57,254 bases of DNA from positions 71,751,833-71,809,086 of the forward strand of contig NC_068991.1 in the NCBI RefSeq assembly GCF_001194135.2, read 5' to 3'. This stretch comes from Octopus bimaculoides (Eukaryota). The notes beneath the pieces were generated by a model. It was not told the DNA's origin. It searched no databases and saw nothing but the letters and a program-made list of their open reading frames with translations. The position numbers and the translations under genes were made by a program. Below are positions 12,060-23,234 of this stretch, piece after piece. How positions within the stretch are numbered: the stretch's first letter is position 1; every line of letters starts with the position of its first letter.

Positions 12060-12315
12060 AGGCTGATACTTATTCTATCGGTATCTCCTGCCAGACCGCT
12101 AAGTTACAGCGATGCAAACACACCAATACCGGTTGTGGTGGAGGACAAACACGGACAGAAACACACACACAGATATGCATATACATATATATGCACGACA
12201 GGCTTCTTTCGGTTTCTGCCTACCAAATCCACTCACAAGGCTTGCCTAAGATGCTACGCAGTGGGACTGAACCCGGAACTATGTGGTTGGGAAGCAAGCT
12301 TGTTACCACACAGCC
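12060..12315 (-). mobile_element. SINE family B, internally deleted
   Basis: tacttattctatcggt...gaccgctaagttac...taccaaatccactcacaaggc...gggactgaacccggaac. Confidence 0.8.
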
Positions 12316-13343
12316 TTTGTGTGTGTGTATGAGCAACAATAGTATCTGCTATTTTTGCTTATTTATTTATATTTACGTACATTTTCGCATATATTAACTT
12401 CATTTGAAAGCTAATGACTCAACATATTTTTTCGTTTATAATCATATTTTAGTAACATTAATAATAACTCGTTCGCTGCTATTTTAGTCGTTTTTAATAT
12501 AACAGCACTTCCACATTTTCGAAACAGCTTAGACAGAAGACTCGGCACCATAACCAATTAGATTTACAATATAGGCGTGCTGGTTGTTTGTTGAAAACCA
12601 CAATTCCATAACGCGACTGATAGCAAATGTTACATATTTTGGTCTAACTCTTGCTTTAGGCCATTATATGATTAATTAGGAAATATCTGTTTTGAAATAA
12701 TACCACTAACAAAAGACACGGAAGACTTTCGTTCCGTTTGAAGAACGCAGAATGCCATACAAAGAAAATCGTGTTATCCATTATCTTAATTCCTTGTTTT
12801 ATATAACGATATTAACTGGGATGTCATTTTGTCAGTGATGCATGGCATACACAAACATACATGCACGCGCGCGCACACATACACAAACATACACATACAC
12901 ACACACACTCAGGTCTTAGTGTCAGATAAAATACATTCCGATATTTGTTCAGGCTCTCTATTCTCTAGGTTCAAATCTCACTGATGTCAAATTCACTATT
13001 CGTTCTTTCTAGGGTCGAACACAGAAAATACTGGTCTAGTGCTGCTGGTACCACCTTATCTCTCTCTTAGTTGTTCCGTCAGGTAAAAAATGTGAAAGCT
13101 GAGAAAATATCGATATCTGGGCACGACTATAGAGGTTCCTGAAACACATAAGGGAAGCGTGGTAAATGTTACTAAGTCACTTTCGATTCCGAGTGACGGC
13201 CGAGGTTGATATATATATGTTTGTGTATATATGTGCGTGTAGTTGTAGTCGTGTGACCCCCACAAGTTCGCTCTGATCAATCTGACAACTGATAAAAAGT
13301 GTTCGGCTGTGACTAATCTGTCTCGTATTGGATATCTAGTAAA

Positions 13344-13546
13344 GGTGGCGAGCTGGTAGAATCGTTAGCACATTGGACAAAATGCTTAGCAGCATTTCTT
13401 GCATCTTTACATTCTGAATTCAAATTCCGCTGAGGGTCAACTTTGCTTTCATCCTTTCGGGGCCGATAAAATAAGTACGAGTTGAACACTGAGGTTGAAT
13501 TAATCGACTATTTCCCTCCCCCAAAATTTTAAGTCTTGTGCCTATA
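13344..13546 (+). mobile_element. SINE family C
   Basis: ggtggcgagctggtagaatcgttagcac...gaattcaaattccgc...ctttcatcctttcggggccgataaaataagtac. Confidence 0.9.
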
Positions 13547-13911
13547 CTCTTTTGCTTGTTTCAGTCATTTGACTGCGGTCATGCTGTAGCACCGCCTTTT
13601 AGTCGAGCAAATCGACCCCAGGACTAATTCTTTGTAAGCCTAGTACTTATTCTATCGGTCTCTTTTGCCGAACCGCTAAGTTACGGAGACGTAAACACAT
13701 CAGCATCGGTTGTCAAGCGATGTTGGGGGGACAAACACAGACACACAAACACACACATATATATATACATATATACGACGGGCTTCTTTCAGTTTCCGTC
13801 TACCAAATCCACTCACAAGGCTTTGGTCGGCACGAGGCTATAGTAGAAGACACTTGCCCAAGGTGCCATGTGGTTGGTAAGTACTTGCCACACAGCCACT
13901 CCTGCGCCTAT
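13547..13911 (-). mobile_element. SINE family B, near full length, lacking the 25-nt B-box segment; inserted at the tail of a family-C SINE
   Basis: Family B sequence from ctcttttgcttgtttcag to cctgcgccta; head reads aggtgccatgtggttgg. Confidence 0.9.
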
Positions 13912-15040
13912 AGTTAAAAGAAAGAATAAATATCTAGGACTACATCGGTTAATGTGTCCTTTCTTTGTTATGAGATTAGAGTGTGCAAGACCTTTTTCTT
14001 TTGCATTTATCATCTGTATTAAGAGATACTAGAAAATAAAATTGTCTATCACTGGAAATCAAAACCGAGTCTCAAAACACTAAAATATAGAAACTGGAGT
14101 CAAATCCGTATACGAGAGGGTTAACAGCAACTGTCATAGCAACAATAGTTTTAAATTACAGAGCTTTCTCCTCCAACACATATACTCGTAGAACTTGATA
14201 CTTGATACACCAACAGCAGAAATATTTTTTTAACATGAGCACAAAAATCACACATCTTGGTGGGAGGGTGAAGTTAGACGAAACCCTACGGCTGTCAGGG
14301 GCAAACTGCAGCCTGTGCGACAATCTGAATGACATTCTGAATTTGTTAGTAGTGCGACCTACCTTCGGAAAATGTTACCCATGTCTGCCCAAGTATTTGA
14401 TTGGTACCTTATTATATCAACTCCTTCGAAGGTGAAAGGTATAAAGTAGACTTTGGTAAGTCTGCTTTACCTCAGAATGTAAAGGGGCGTAACTGAATAC
14501 CGCAAAAAATTTTATACGTCACTCCATAGATTCTCTGCTTTCCGACACTAACTACGACTAATAGCCAACGAGGAATTCGCTATGTGGTTGGTTACTAAAA
14601 TGCTAAAAATAACAACCAAATGTTCCCTAAATTACATCTTAGTATCTTAACAAAACCGAACTATACACTGTATAGTGTAATACTGTTTTACATAATATAT
14701 TTATGAATTTTAGTCAACAGCGTATATATAGACCAATATGATGTTCTTGTCTTTATATACATTATTTTCATGGAAACAGTAAAAAGATATTGACCAGCAT
14801 AATACCATTCTAGTGCTGGGGCTTCATGAGAGACTAAATTCCGTCTTAAACTGCCCGCGGAAACATTGCTTGTAAACTTACTATTTTCCAAATGTTTAAA
14901 TAAACTGGGCAAACTGATTTGCATAGATAACGCATTCTTTGGTGGGTCTCATTTTTTTTTTCTGTTGCAGCTGCTTTCAGTTAGTTAGAGTGGTATCAAT
15001 CTTGGTGTTGCAGATCAGGTTTGCTTAAAGCAGGTTTAGC

Positions 15041-15296
15041 CAGTACCGTCTTAAGGCACGGGCACACTAGGGGCCTCACCAGTCTAGAGACCCAATTCCG
15101 ATCTATGTATATTGTGACTTGTTGCCAATAGATATATACTACAGGGGGCCCAATGCACTGTTTTTTTTTTTCGAGGGCCTCACTTGTCTAAGTGCCTAAT
15201 TTTGATCTATGTTACTGTGACTTGCTGTTAATAAATACTTTAGGGTCCAGTGCAACGATTGGTCCGAGATCTTATAATGTTTCTAAGACGGCCCTG
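15041..15296. mobile_element. hAT-type MITE with a perfect 8-bp TSD
   Basis: TIRs cagtaccgtcttaag and (reverse complement) cagggccgtcttaga. TSD ggtttagc at 15033-15040 and 15297-15304. Confidence 0.9.
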
Positions 15297-16206
15297 GGTT
15301 TAGCCCTGTAATACAAAACACCAAATTGTTCCGAGAAGAGTTAATCTCTAAAGAAAGCTCACACGTGGTGTCAATGCTGAACTTGCAAGTCAATCAGTTA
15401 TAACGCAAGCTATTAAGTACGTTTTCTTTTGTACGATACGTGTAATTGAATGTAAAAGCAACTCTGTTTCTATGAGCTGCTTCCAGCAAGTGAGCAATAT
15501 ACCACCATTTCTATATATAATACGTTATTAACTAACACTTAATCCGCTACAAATGAATCACATCTCATTCTTCTCACAAACTGTTTCCGCTTAAAAACTC
15601 ATTTCTCTTCCCTTTAATATTTCTGCTCTTCCACGTCATGTGTTCAGACATTTTTTTTTCTTGCCCTTTCTGTTTTTCTAGCTCATTTCTCAAACTTCAT
15701 TCATGTAACCCCACTCATAAAACCCTCGTGACCCTCCTCACCAGCACAGCCCTTAATGCCGCATGACTGGCACCACCGCCATCAAATAATATCAGCGAAA
15801 ACATAAAAAGAGAAATCTTGGCTACTAATACGAAATAGCTTTTTAAATGTGAGCCTATGGACAAAGTATATATATATATATATATATATATATNNNNNNN
15901 NNNNNNNNNNNNNNNNNNNNNNNNNNNNNNNNNNNNNNNNNNNNNNNNNNNNNNNNNNNNNNNNNNNNNNNNNNNNNNNNNNNNNNNNNNNNNNNNNNNN
16001 NNNNNNNNNNNNNNNNNNNNNNNNNNNNNNNNNNNNNNNNNNNNNNNNNNNNNNNNNNNNNNNNNNNNNNNNNNNNNNNNNNNNNNNNNNNNNNNNNNNN
16101 NNNNNNNNNNNNNNNNNNNNNNNNNNNNNNNNNNNNNNNNNNNNNNNNNNNNNNNNNNNNNNNNNNNNNNNNNNNNNNNNNNNNNNNNNNNNNNNNNNNN
16201 NNNNNN

Positions 16207-16244
<38 letters not shown>

Positions 16245-16360
16245 TCACCGACCACCTCCTTCTGGCCAATTCAATATGTGAAACCGTTAATCCAGACATG
16301 TTTTTTTCTTTCTCTATCCGTTTTCTTTCCTCTCTCCATGTTTTGTTTCCTCCTATCTTT

Positions 16361-16388
16361 CTATAGAAGAGCGTAGGCTTGAAACGTC
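16361..16388 (+). ncRNA. Degenerate minimal hammerhead motif (CUGAUGA to CUAUAGA) in a Penelope-like end
   Basis: ctatagaagagcgtaggcttgaaacgtc; stem I tcttt/aaaga; downstream aaactaatacac. Confidence 0.4.
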
Positions 16389-16634
16389 AAAGACTCTTCC
16401 ATTTTTTTCTGAGCGTCAAACTAATACACTGTGTTTGTTGTTCCCTCACCTGTCTTTGTCTTCTGTTTTTTGTTGTTGTTGTTTTGCACATTTTGAATCA
16501 CACACACACATATATATAAATCTGTTATGTAGCAGAAGTAGTATTAGATTAAAATAGCTATACGTTTATCATACTTAATGCAAACACATCATGACACACA
16601 CATGTGTATACATATAAATACCACTAGAACGTAG

Positions 16635-16975
16635 GTGCAGCGAGGCCGAATGATTAAGAAGTTCAGTTTCCAAACACGATATCTCTAGTTTATCAAAGTG
16701 GGTGGTGACAAATTGGGTAAATGTAATTTTTCTATATATAGCCTTGTGTGTGAAATTGGGTAGACGGAAACTGTATAGAAGACTGTCGTTCAGTATTGTC
16801 ACATATTGTGTTACCCGGGTACTGCCTGAAATGTTATGTTAAAGGTTCCTTTGCCTGTGTCTGTGGAATACTCAACAACATACACGTTAGTTGAGGGTTA
16901 AGAATTTCAGTTTATTGTACAACGGAATCGTCATCGTCAAACGACGGAAATCCATCACTACTAATGACATCACTG
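16635..16975 (+). mobile_element. Old SINE with a family-B-like 5' half and a family-A-like 3' tail
   Basis: gggtagacggaaactgtatagaagactgtcgt (family B) followed by gtgtctgtggaatactcaac...acgttagtt...gacggaa (family A tail). Confidence 0.55.
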
Positions 16976-17129
16976 AAGAATAGGACTTGATAGTAAATAC
17001 CATGCTTTCATTAATAATTTTCGGTGTTCATTAGGCGCGAGCAAAACCGGACACCTACTCAACCCTGCCAACCTTTATTCCAGAGAGAGACAGAGAGGAG
17101 GGGTTGCACCAGTACTAGGGCGGGACTCA

Positions 17130-17235
17130 TTTTTCAGCTGAGGGAAAATGAAGTGTCTTGTTCAAGAATATAGCGCGTCGCCCAGTTCGAGATTTCGAAC
17201 CTAAGGTTTTGCGATCGTAAGCTTAACGTCCACCT
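17130..17235 (-). mobile_element. tRNA-derived SINE fragment of a further family
   Basis: aaatgaagtgtcttgttcaagaa...gcgtcgccc...ttcgaacc: CORE-like segment plus B-box on the minus strand. Confidence 0.5.
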
Positions 17236-17254
17236 TAATCACTTCGTTTATTTC

Positions 17255-17287
<33 letters not shown>

Positions 17288-17915
17288 AGATACACACTCC
17301 AACACATATATTTTATATTTATCATGATATACAGAAAAGAAAATGAAAAGATTAATGGAATTGACAGAATGGTAATTTGACCATAAATATATCTTCATTC
17401 TTCTCGCATTCGAATTGAATCTAAAATAAATAATTCTACACCAGTTTTCTAATGCATAGATTTCTTGATATTCAAAAAAATTTCCTTTCTTTTTTTTTTT
17501 TCTTCTCTTTTTTGAAAGATTTCACATTATTATAGAGTTGCTTGTTCATTTTCGTGAACTTTTATCAAATGAAGACAAAATGGAATATTCAAAGAATGTT
17601 ATTTTCGTATCTACGCAATTGTATGTAAATAAGAAATCCAATTTATTCAAGAAAGTCATTTCCGGTCGCCAGAGAATGTGCAACACACGAGAAATGACGC
17701 AGTTATCTTTCAAATGATTTTGTGTTTGCTTGTTTGTGTGTATGTTTTTTCAAAACTTTTGATATGAAATACACAAAACGCCGAGTCAACAGTTTCAAAG
17801 ACTAGTAGTGAGTCTCAACCGAAATTATAGGGAAAACAATGTTACATATAATCAGAAACATGGATTTTATTTTTTAAATCGACCAAAAATCTCGTACACG
17901 GAATAGGGATTGTCG

Positions 17916-17990
17916 AAGAAAATAAGTTTAAAAAGAAAAAAAACACGCACACAGTAAAATAAGGAAGAATACATCAAAGAATCACTTGCT
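17916..17990 (+). promoter_or_regulatory. A-rich leader directly upstream of the PABP start codon (possible autoregulatory sequence)
   Basis: aagaaaataagtttaaaaagaaaaaaaacac...aaaataaggaagaatacatcaaagaa directly before the ATG. Whether it is transcribed is not known. Confidence 0.3.
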
Positions 17991-19184
17991 ATGAGTATTG
18001 CAGCAGAAGTTTTACCAGTGGCTTCCTTATATGTTGGAGATCTTCATCCCGATGTTACGGAAAAAATGCTATACGAGAAGTTCTCGACTTGTGGAACTAT
18101 CATTTCAATCCGAGTGTGTCGAGACATGGTTAAAAGGCGATCTCTTGGATATGCCTACATCAATTTTCAGTCAGATTCAGATGCCAAATTAGCTATGGAA
18201 AGGATGAATTTCGCTAATTTCATGGGACGTCCCCTTAGAATAATGCAATGGCAGAGAGATCCATCCCTTCGTAAATCTGGACTAGGAAACGTATTTATTA
18301 AAAACCTGGATAAAGACATCGACAACAGAGCTTTGTACGACACCTTCTCTTTATTTGGTGACATTCTCTCCAGTAAGATTGTATCGGATGAGAACGGTTC
18401 AAAAGGATACGGGTTTGTGCATTTTGAGAGTGAAGAAGATGCGCGAAATTGTATTGAGAAGACAAACGGGATGTTACTGAATGGTAAGAAAGTGTTCGTT
18501 GGTAAATTTGTGCCCCACCGAGAAAGAAATCGAAATAAGGCATATAGAGGATTTACAAATATATACATTAAAAACTTTAGCGATAAGCTCAACGATGAGT
18601 CCCTTCGCAAACTGTTTGAAAAATACGGCGCTATAGTTAGTGCCAAAGTAATGACAGACAATTCTGGTAAGTCGAAAGGGTTTGGATTTGTAAACTTCAC
18701 GGACAGTCAAGATGCCGAGAAAGCTGTGAGAGAAATGAATAGTGTTGAGATTAATGGTAAAGAACTGTACGTTGGACGAGCACAAACAAAACTAGAGAGA
18801 TTACTGTCTATCAAGGACAAATGTCACACTTTAAAGGGATCACAAAATAAAATTGAAACTGAAGGTACGGACAGCATTATTGTATATGTAAAAAATCTGG
18901 ACGCAAACATTGATGATGTACTTTTAAAGAATTACTTTGCCAAATTCGGTAAAATTGATTGTGCAAAAGTTATGACTCAGAACGGTCGATCTAACGGATT
19001 CGGATTTGTGAGTTTTTCTACACCAGAAGATGCAACGAAAGCTGCGAGAGCGATGAATGGCAAAATACTCAACTCGAAGAAACTGTACGTTTCATTGGCT
19101 TTAAGTAAAGAAGAACGCAAGGCACAGTTATCGAACAGTTTACTCCAGAAACTCCATTCTAAACCAACTCAATTATGTTTTTGA
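17991..19184 (+). CDS. PABPC: Intronless cytoplasmic poly(A)-binding protein paralog, 4 RRMs only (no Pro/Gln-rich linker, no MLLE/PABC domain), 397 aa
   Basis: Uninterrupted ORF colinear with human PABPC1 as I recall it, through RRM2. RRM1 [26 protein letters not shown] linker, RRM2 [17 protein letters not shown]3 [17 protein letters not shown]4 [14 protein letters not shown]. It ends shortly after RRM4 ([10 protein letters not shown]...QLCF*). Confidence 0.96.
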   Translation: MSIAAEVLPVASLYVGDLHPDVTEKMLYEKFSTCGTIISIRVCRDMVKRRSLGYAYINFQSDSDAKLAMERMNFANFMGRPLRIMQWQRDPSLRKSGLGNVFIKNLDKDIDNRALYDTFSLFGDILSSKIVSDENGSKGYGFVHFESEEDARNCIEKTNGMLLNGKKVFVGKFVPHRERNRNKAYRGFTNIYIKNFSDKLNDESLRKLFEKYGAIVSAKVMTDNSGKSKGFGFVNFTDSQDAEKAVREMNSVEINGKELYVGRAQTKLERLLSIKDKCHTLKGSQNKIETEGTDSIIVYVKNLDANIDDVLLKNYFAKFGKIDCAKVMTQNGRSNGFGFVSFSTPEDATKAARAMNGKILNSKKLYVSLALSKEERKAQLSNSLLQKLHSKPTQLCF

Positions 19185-19367
19185 CACCAACTGCGAAAAA
19201 TGTATAAACAATAACAAACAGGATTCTCATCGCTTTAGATAACAACGACATACGCAATCGACACTCGAATATTATAATAATAGACATCATCATGTAATTT
19301 TCTATCATTTTTGTTGTCTTGTTATTGATTATTGTTCGATTATGTTCGTACCATTATTATCAGATTT

Positions 19368-19578
19368 GGGACTGGCAGAATCGTTAGCACGCCGGGCGAA
19401 ATACTTAGCAGAATTTCGTCCGTCTATAAGTTCTGAGTTCAAATGCCGCCGAAGTCGATTTTGCCTTTCATTCGTTTGGAATCGATAAATTAAGTACCAG
19501 TGAAACAGTGGGATCGACGTAATCGATTCGTTCCCTCCCACAAAATTTCAGGCTTTGTGCCTATAGCAGAAAAGATTA
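19368..19578 (+). mobile_element. SINE family C, about 185 nt downstream of the PABP stop codon
   Basis: ctggcagaatcgttagcacgccgggcgaaatacttagc...gagttcaaatgccgcc...gtgcctatagcagaaaagatt. Confidence 0.9.
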
Positions 19579-19987
19579 TGAGATTGGGAGCACGAGTTAA
19601 AACGGCCAACAAGCTACCTTACAGTATTTAGTTATCTTATATAATCCTACATTCTGAATTTGAAAGCCCAACGGAGTGTTAACTTTGTCTTCTTCATACT
19701 GTTCTGTGTTCAAATCGTACTGAAGTAAACTTTACCGTCATCCTTCTGGGGTTTCATAAAATAACAGCCAGTCAAAATGGGGCTTGGTTTACCTGGCGGT
19801 ACTCTCCCGGTCAAAATTTGGGATCTTGAGTTTTATGCAAGAAATCATCATTATGGTAAATGTTTATATCGAGTACGACGTAATATAAGATGTTAATGTC
19901 AGATGTAAATATATACATGTTACATGTCAAAAGGGACAAATACAACGTTACATATCAAGTGTAACGAAGTGTTACAAGCCATGCAAA

Positions 19988-20205
19988 GGCGGCGAGCTGG
20001 CTGAAACGTTAACGCGCCAGGCAAAATGCTTAGCGGCATTTCGTCTACTTTTACGTTCTGGGTTCAAATTCTGCCGAGGTCAACTTTGCCTTTCATCCTA
20101 TCGGAGTCGATAAAATGACTAAAAGCTGAGCACTGGGGTCGATGTAAGTGACTTATACCTTCCCGTAACATTGCTGGCCTTGTGTCAAACATTTGAAACC
20201 AATAT
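19988..20205 (+). mobile_element. SINE family C
   Basis: ggcggcgagctggctgaaacgtt...gggttcaaattctgccgaggtcaactttgcctttcatcc. Confidence 0.9.
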
Positions 20206-20679
20206 TACAGGTCATGCATACATGCGAACATATCTTCTAAAACCCATCACCCCATCAATCTTCTGACTGCGATATTTCTCAACCAGGGGCAGTAAATGAT
20301 ATCGCTAATCCCCCACTACCCTTCACATTGTAACCCTACTACAGTCCCTTATCACCCCATCCTCCTTCCGAACCCACACCTCTTTCCATTCCTTCCCTCC
20401 CACACCCCAAAAGGATATTCACCGCGTCCCCTTCAATCCTCATCTCTAATCATCTCACACTCACCTACCCAACCACATTTTTGTTTCTCAATCCTTATTC
20501 TCTATTTCATATTTACCTGGTATCTTGACTCCACATCTCTCTCTCTCTCTCTCTCCAGATGGGGAAGCCATGTACTCACCTTTTCGGCAAGACACTTGTT
20601 CCTGTCCTTCTATCATACATTCATATCCCTGAATACTACACCCTGCTCTGTTGAGGGGTCTTGTATTGCAGGTATTTGG

Positions 20680-20878
20680 TGAACCCCACTCGAGCTGGTG
20701 TCACGAAAAAAGCACCCAGTACACTCTTTGATGTAGTTGGTGTTAGGAAGAGCATCCAGCTGTAGAAACCGCGCCATTGGTGCTCGGCGCAGCCTTCTGG
20801 CTCCTCGGTATCTGTCGAACCATCCAACCCACAGATAAAAAGGGACGTTAAAGGATGACGATGATGATGATGATGCAT
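20680..20878 (+). mobile_element. 3' end of a retroposon (RTE-related SINE/LINE tail) ending in (GAT)n
   Basis: ggtgtcacgaaaaaagcacccagtacactc...ggtgttaggaagagcatccagctgtagaaacc...ggacgttaaaggatgacgatgatgatg. Confidence 0.6.
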
Positions 20879-21162
20879 GCCAAATGTGACACACTACATA
20901 TTACATATCAACAATATTAGGTATACTATATGCAAAATACTGCATGTTATATGTCAACTTTGACATATGCTACTTCTAAAATAAAAATTGGAATCCGAAG
21001 GCAACAATTGAATCATCTGAAAAAGTCCATTACTGTGAAGAATGATGAATTTAACGTTTCGGGTCCTTCATGAAGAGACAGACAGAAAGATAGACAGATA
21101 GGAGAGAGAGGGGGGAGGAGTGTTGTTGTTGTTGCTTGGGCTGTGTATTAGTCGCATATTAA

Positions 21163-21305
21163 GGCGGCCAACTAGCGGAGTCGTTTGAGCGTCAGGTTGA
21201 CTGCTTGGCGATTTCCATTCTGTTTTTTTTTTTTTCTTTACGCTCTGAATTCAAATCTTACCGAGGTCAATTATACTTTTCATCTTTCTGGGGTCGATAA
21301 CAATG
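21163..21305 (+). mobile_element. SINE family C, degenerate
   Basis: ggcggccaactagcggagtcgtt...gaattcaaatcttaccgaggtcaa...ggggtcgataa. Confidence 0.65.
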
Positions 21306-22476
21306 CACCAATCAAACGCTAGAAACTATTCTGCTCTTGCTCTCATTCTACTTTCTGTTTGTCTGCCTTTCGGGAAGAAATCAGCTGCGCCAGATCTTGA
21401 GATGGATAGGCTCCTCCCAGGGCTAGAAGTGTCCATAACCACGCCGTATGTCACGACAATACCCTAAAAATTCCTTCAGTGAGTCGAGGGCCCAAGACAA
21501 GGTAAGCCAACAAGTATACTAGAAGAATTTCTTAAATGCTAATTATGTCTAAAGTAGGAGAGTGCGGTTGGCAGCAAACAAAGATGCAAATTCTAAAGAA
21601 TTTGGATGCTCTTTAGAATTAATATCTGATAAAGTACTGGTTAGGCTTCACTGATGAGGGTGTCGTAATAAAGAAATATATGCAAAATTGTCACCAATAT
21701 CGCAGGAACAGGATTTACTCTCAACAATGAAGTGACCGAATCGTTAGAGCTTGATTATACAGTATGTTTCACGATATTTGTACCGACTCACTGCATTATG
21801 AGTTTATATCCAGTCGGGATCAACTTTAATTTTTTTCATCCTTTCGGGGTTGATAAAAAAAAAAAAGCATTAATCCGAGGCGATGACGATGAATTGGCGG
21901 GACTGTAAGAATGTCGGACTGGATACCTTGCGGTATTTGTTCCAACTTTTTGATTTAAAATCCCGCCATGAGTGGGATTTTAAATCAAATTTAATTTAAA
22001 TTAAATTGAGTGGCAGATTTGATTCGTCAGCAGTTTATCTCCCACCAACACCTTGAGTACTTTCCGCGGAGTCACCTCTACTACAAACATTAGGAACAGA
22101 TTTCCGGTATAAAGAAAAACACTGAGTTCTTTTAAAACGAAGTTGGGATGGAATCCATGAGTCGAAGGTACAGAAGACGTGTGGCCCAAGATCAGAGGTT
22201 TTTTTGTGAGGTAAGTGTTGGGATTTACAGATGCTCCAGTTCAGATAGAACAGTTTTTGAAGATAATGAAGTATATTTAGAGTTTTAACCCTCGACATTT
22301 AAACTGGCTATATCCAGCCAAAATATTCTACGTGTTTTATGTTTAGACCGACCGGACCACACCTCTAACATCTACTCTGCAATGTTAATTTAAAGATAAA
22401 ACAGTCACATACTGAAAATCTTGAAGCTACAAGATAATGCATGATTAACTGAAAACGTTGAGAATAAATAAGCATT

Positions 22477-22857
22477 CGTGGCACTCCATCGCTTACGACG
22501 ATGAGGGTTCCAGTTGATCCGATCAACGGAACGGCCTGCTCGTGAAATTAACGTGCAAGTGACTGAGCACTCCACAGACACGTGTACCCTTAACGTAGTT
22601 CTCGGGGAGATTCAGCGTGACACAGAGTGTGACAAGACTGACCCTTCGAAATACAGGTACAAGAGAAACCGGAAGAAAGAGTGAGAGAAAGTTGTGGTGA
22701 AAGAGTACAGCAGTGTTCGCCACCATCCTCTGCCAGAGCTTCGTGGAGATTTAGGTTTTTTCGCTCAATAAACACTCACAACGTCCGGTCTGGGAATCGA
22801 AACCGCGATCCTACGACCGCGAGTCCGCTGCCCTAACCACTGGGCCATTGTACCTCC
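22477..22857 (-). mobile_element. tRNA-derived SINE, family A, full length with 8-bp TSD
   Basis: Reverse complement of the 1440-1812 copy. TSD taagcatt at 22469-22476 and 22862-22869. Confidence 0.9.
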
Positions 22858-23234
22858 GAACTAAGCATTACATTTGACAGAATATTCTGAATGCTATAGG
22901 GTTAAAGATTTTAAATTGTTTAGTTTAATAAAAAAAATAATATTTCCTCGATCTAAAGAAGCAATAAACTCTTTGCATGATTTCGAGGGTTTGGAATCGG
23001 CATAAAAATCATTCGAAGATACACTCAAGGTATGAATTACGAATGTAATTCATGAATAGTTTGGTTTGGAGACAAATCCTTTTGCTAAGTCTGATGAAAT
23101 TTTTCAATTCGTAACAGAATATATATTCCAGTGATAAATAATTCCCCAAACGTAGTTTCATAACTCTAAACATACACATATACCAACTCCAGCAAGGTAA
23201 TAGTAGTAGTAGTAATAATAATAATAGTAATAAT

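Noticed and set aside
18167-18785. Antisense ORFs of 177, 81 and 103 aa over the PABP gene
   Set aside because: Shadow frames of a real coding sequence; no independent motifs.
19185-19367. Possible frameshifted continuation of PABP into linker/MLLE
   Set aside because: Short frames after the stop show no Pro/Gln-rich linker or KITGMLLE-like motif, and a SINE follows.
20576-20660. Strong minus-strand donor AAG|GTGAGT as a host-gene exon
   Set aside because: It lies within a C/T-rich repeat-derived tract and has no matching acceptor.
21651-21680. CTGATGA...GAAA as a hammerhead
   Set aside because: No stem II pairing between the core motifs and no cleavage triplet context.
22020-22220. Plus-strand exon-like segment ending in a perfect GAG|GTAAGT donor
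   Set aside because: The best-looking frame has internal stops and there is no convincing acceptor.
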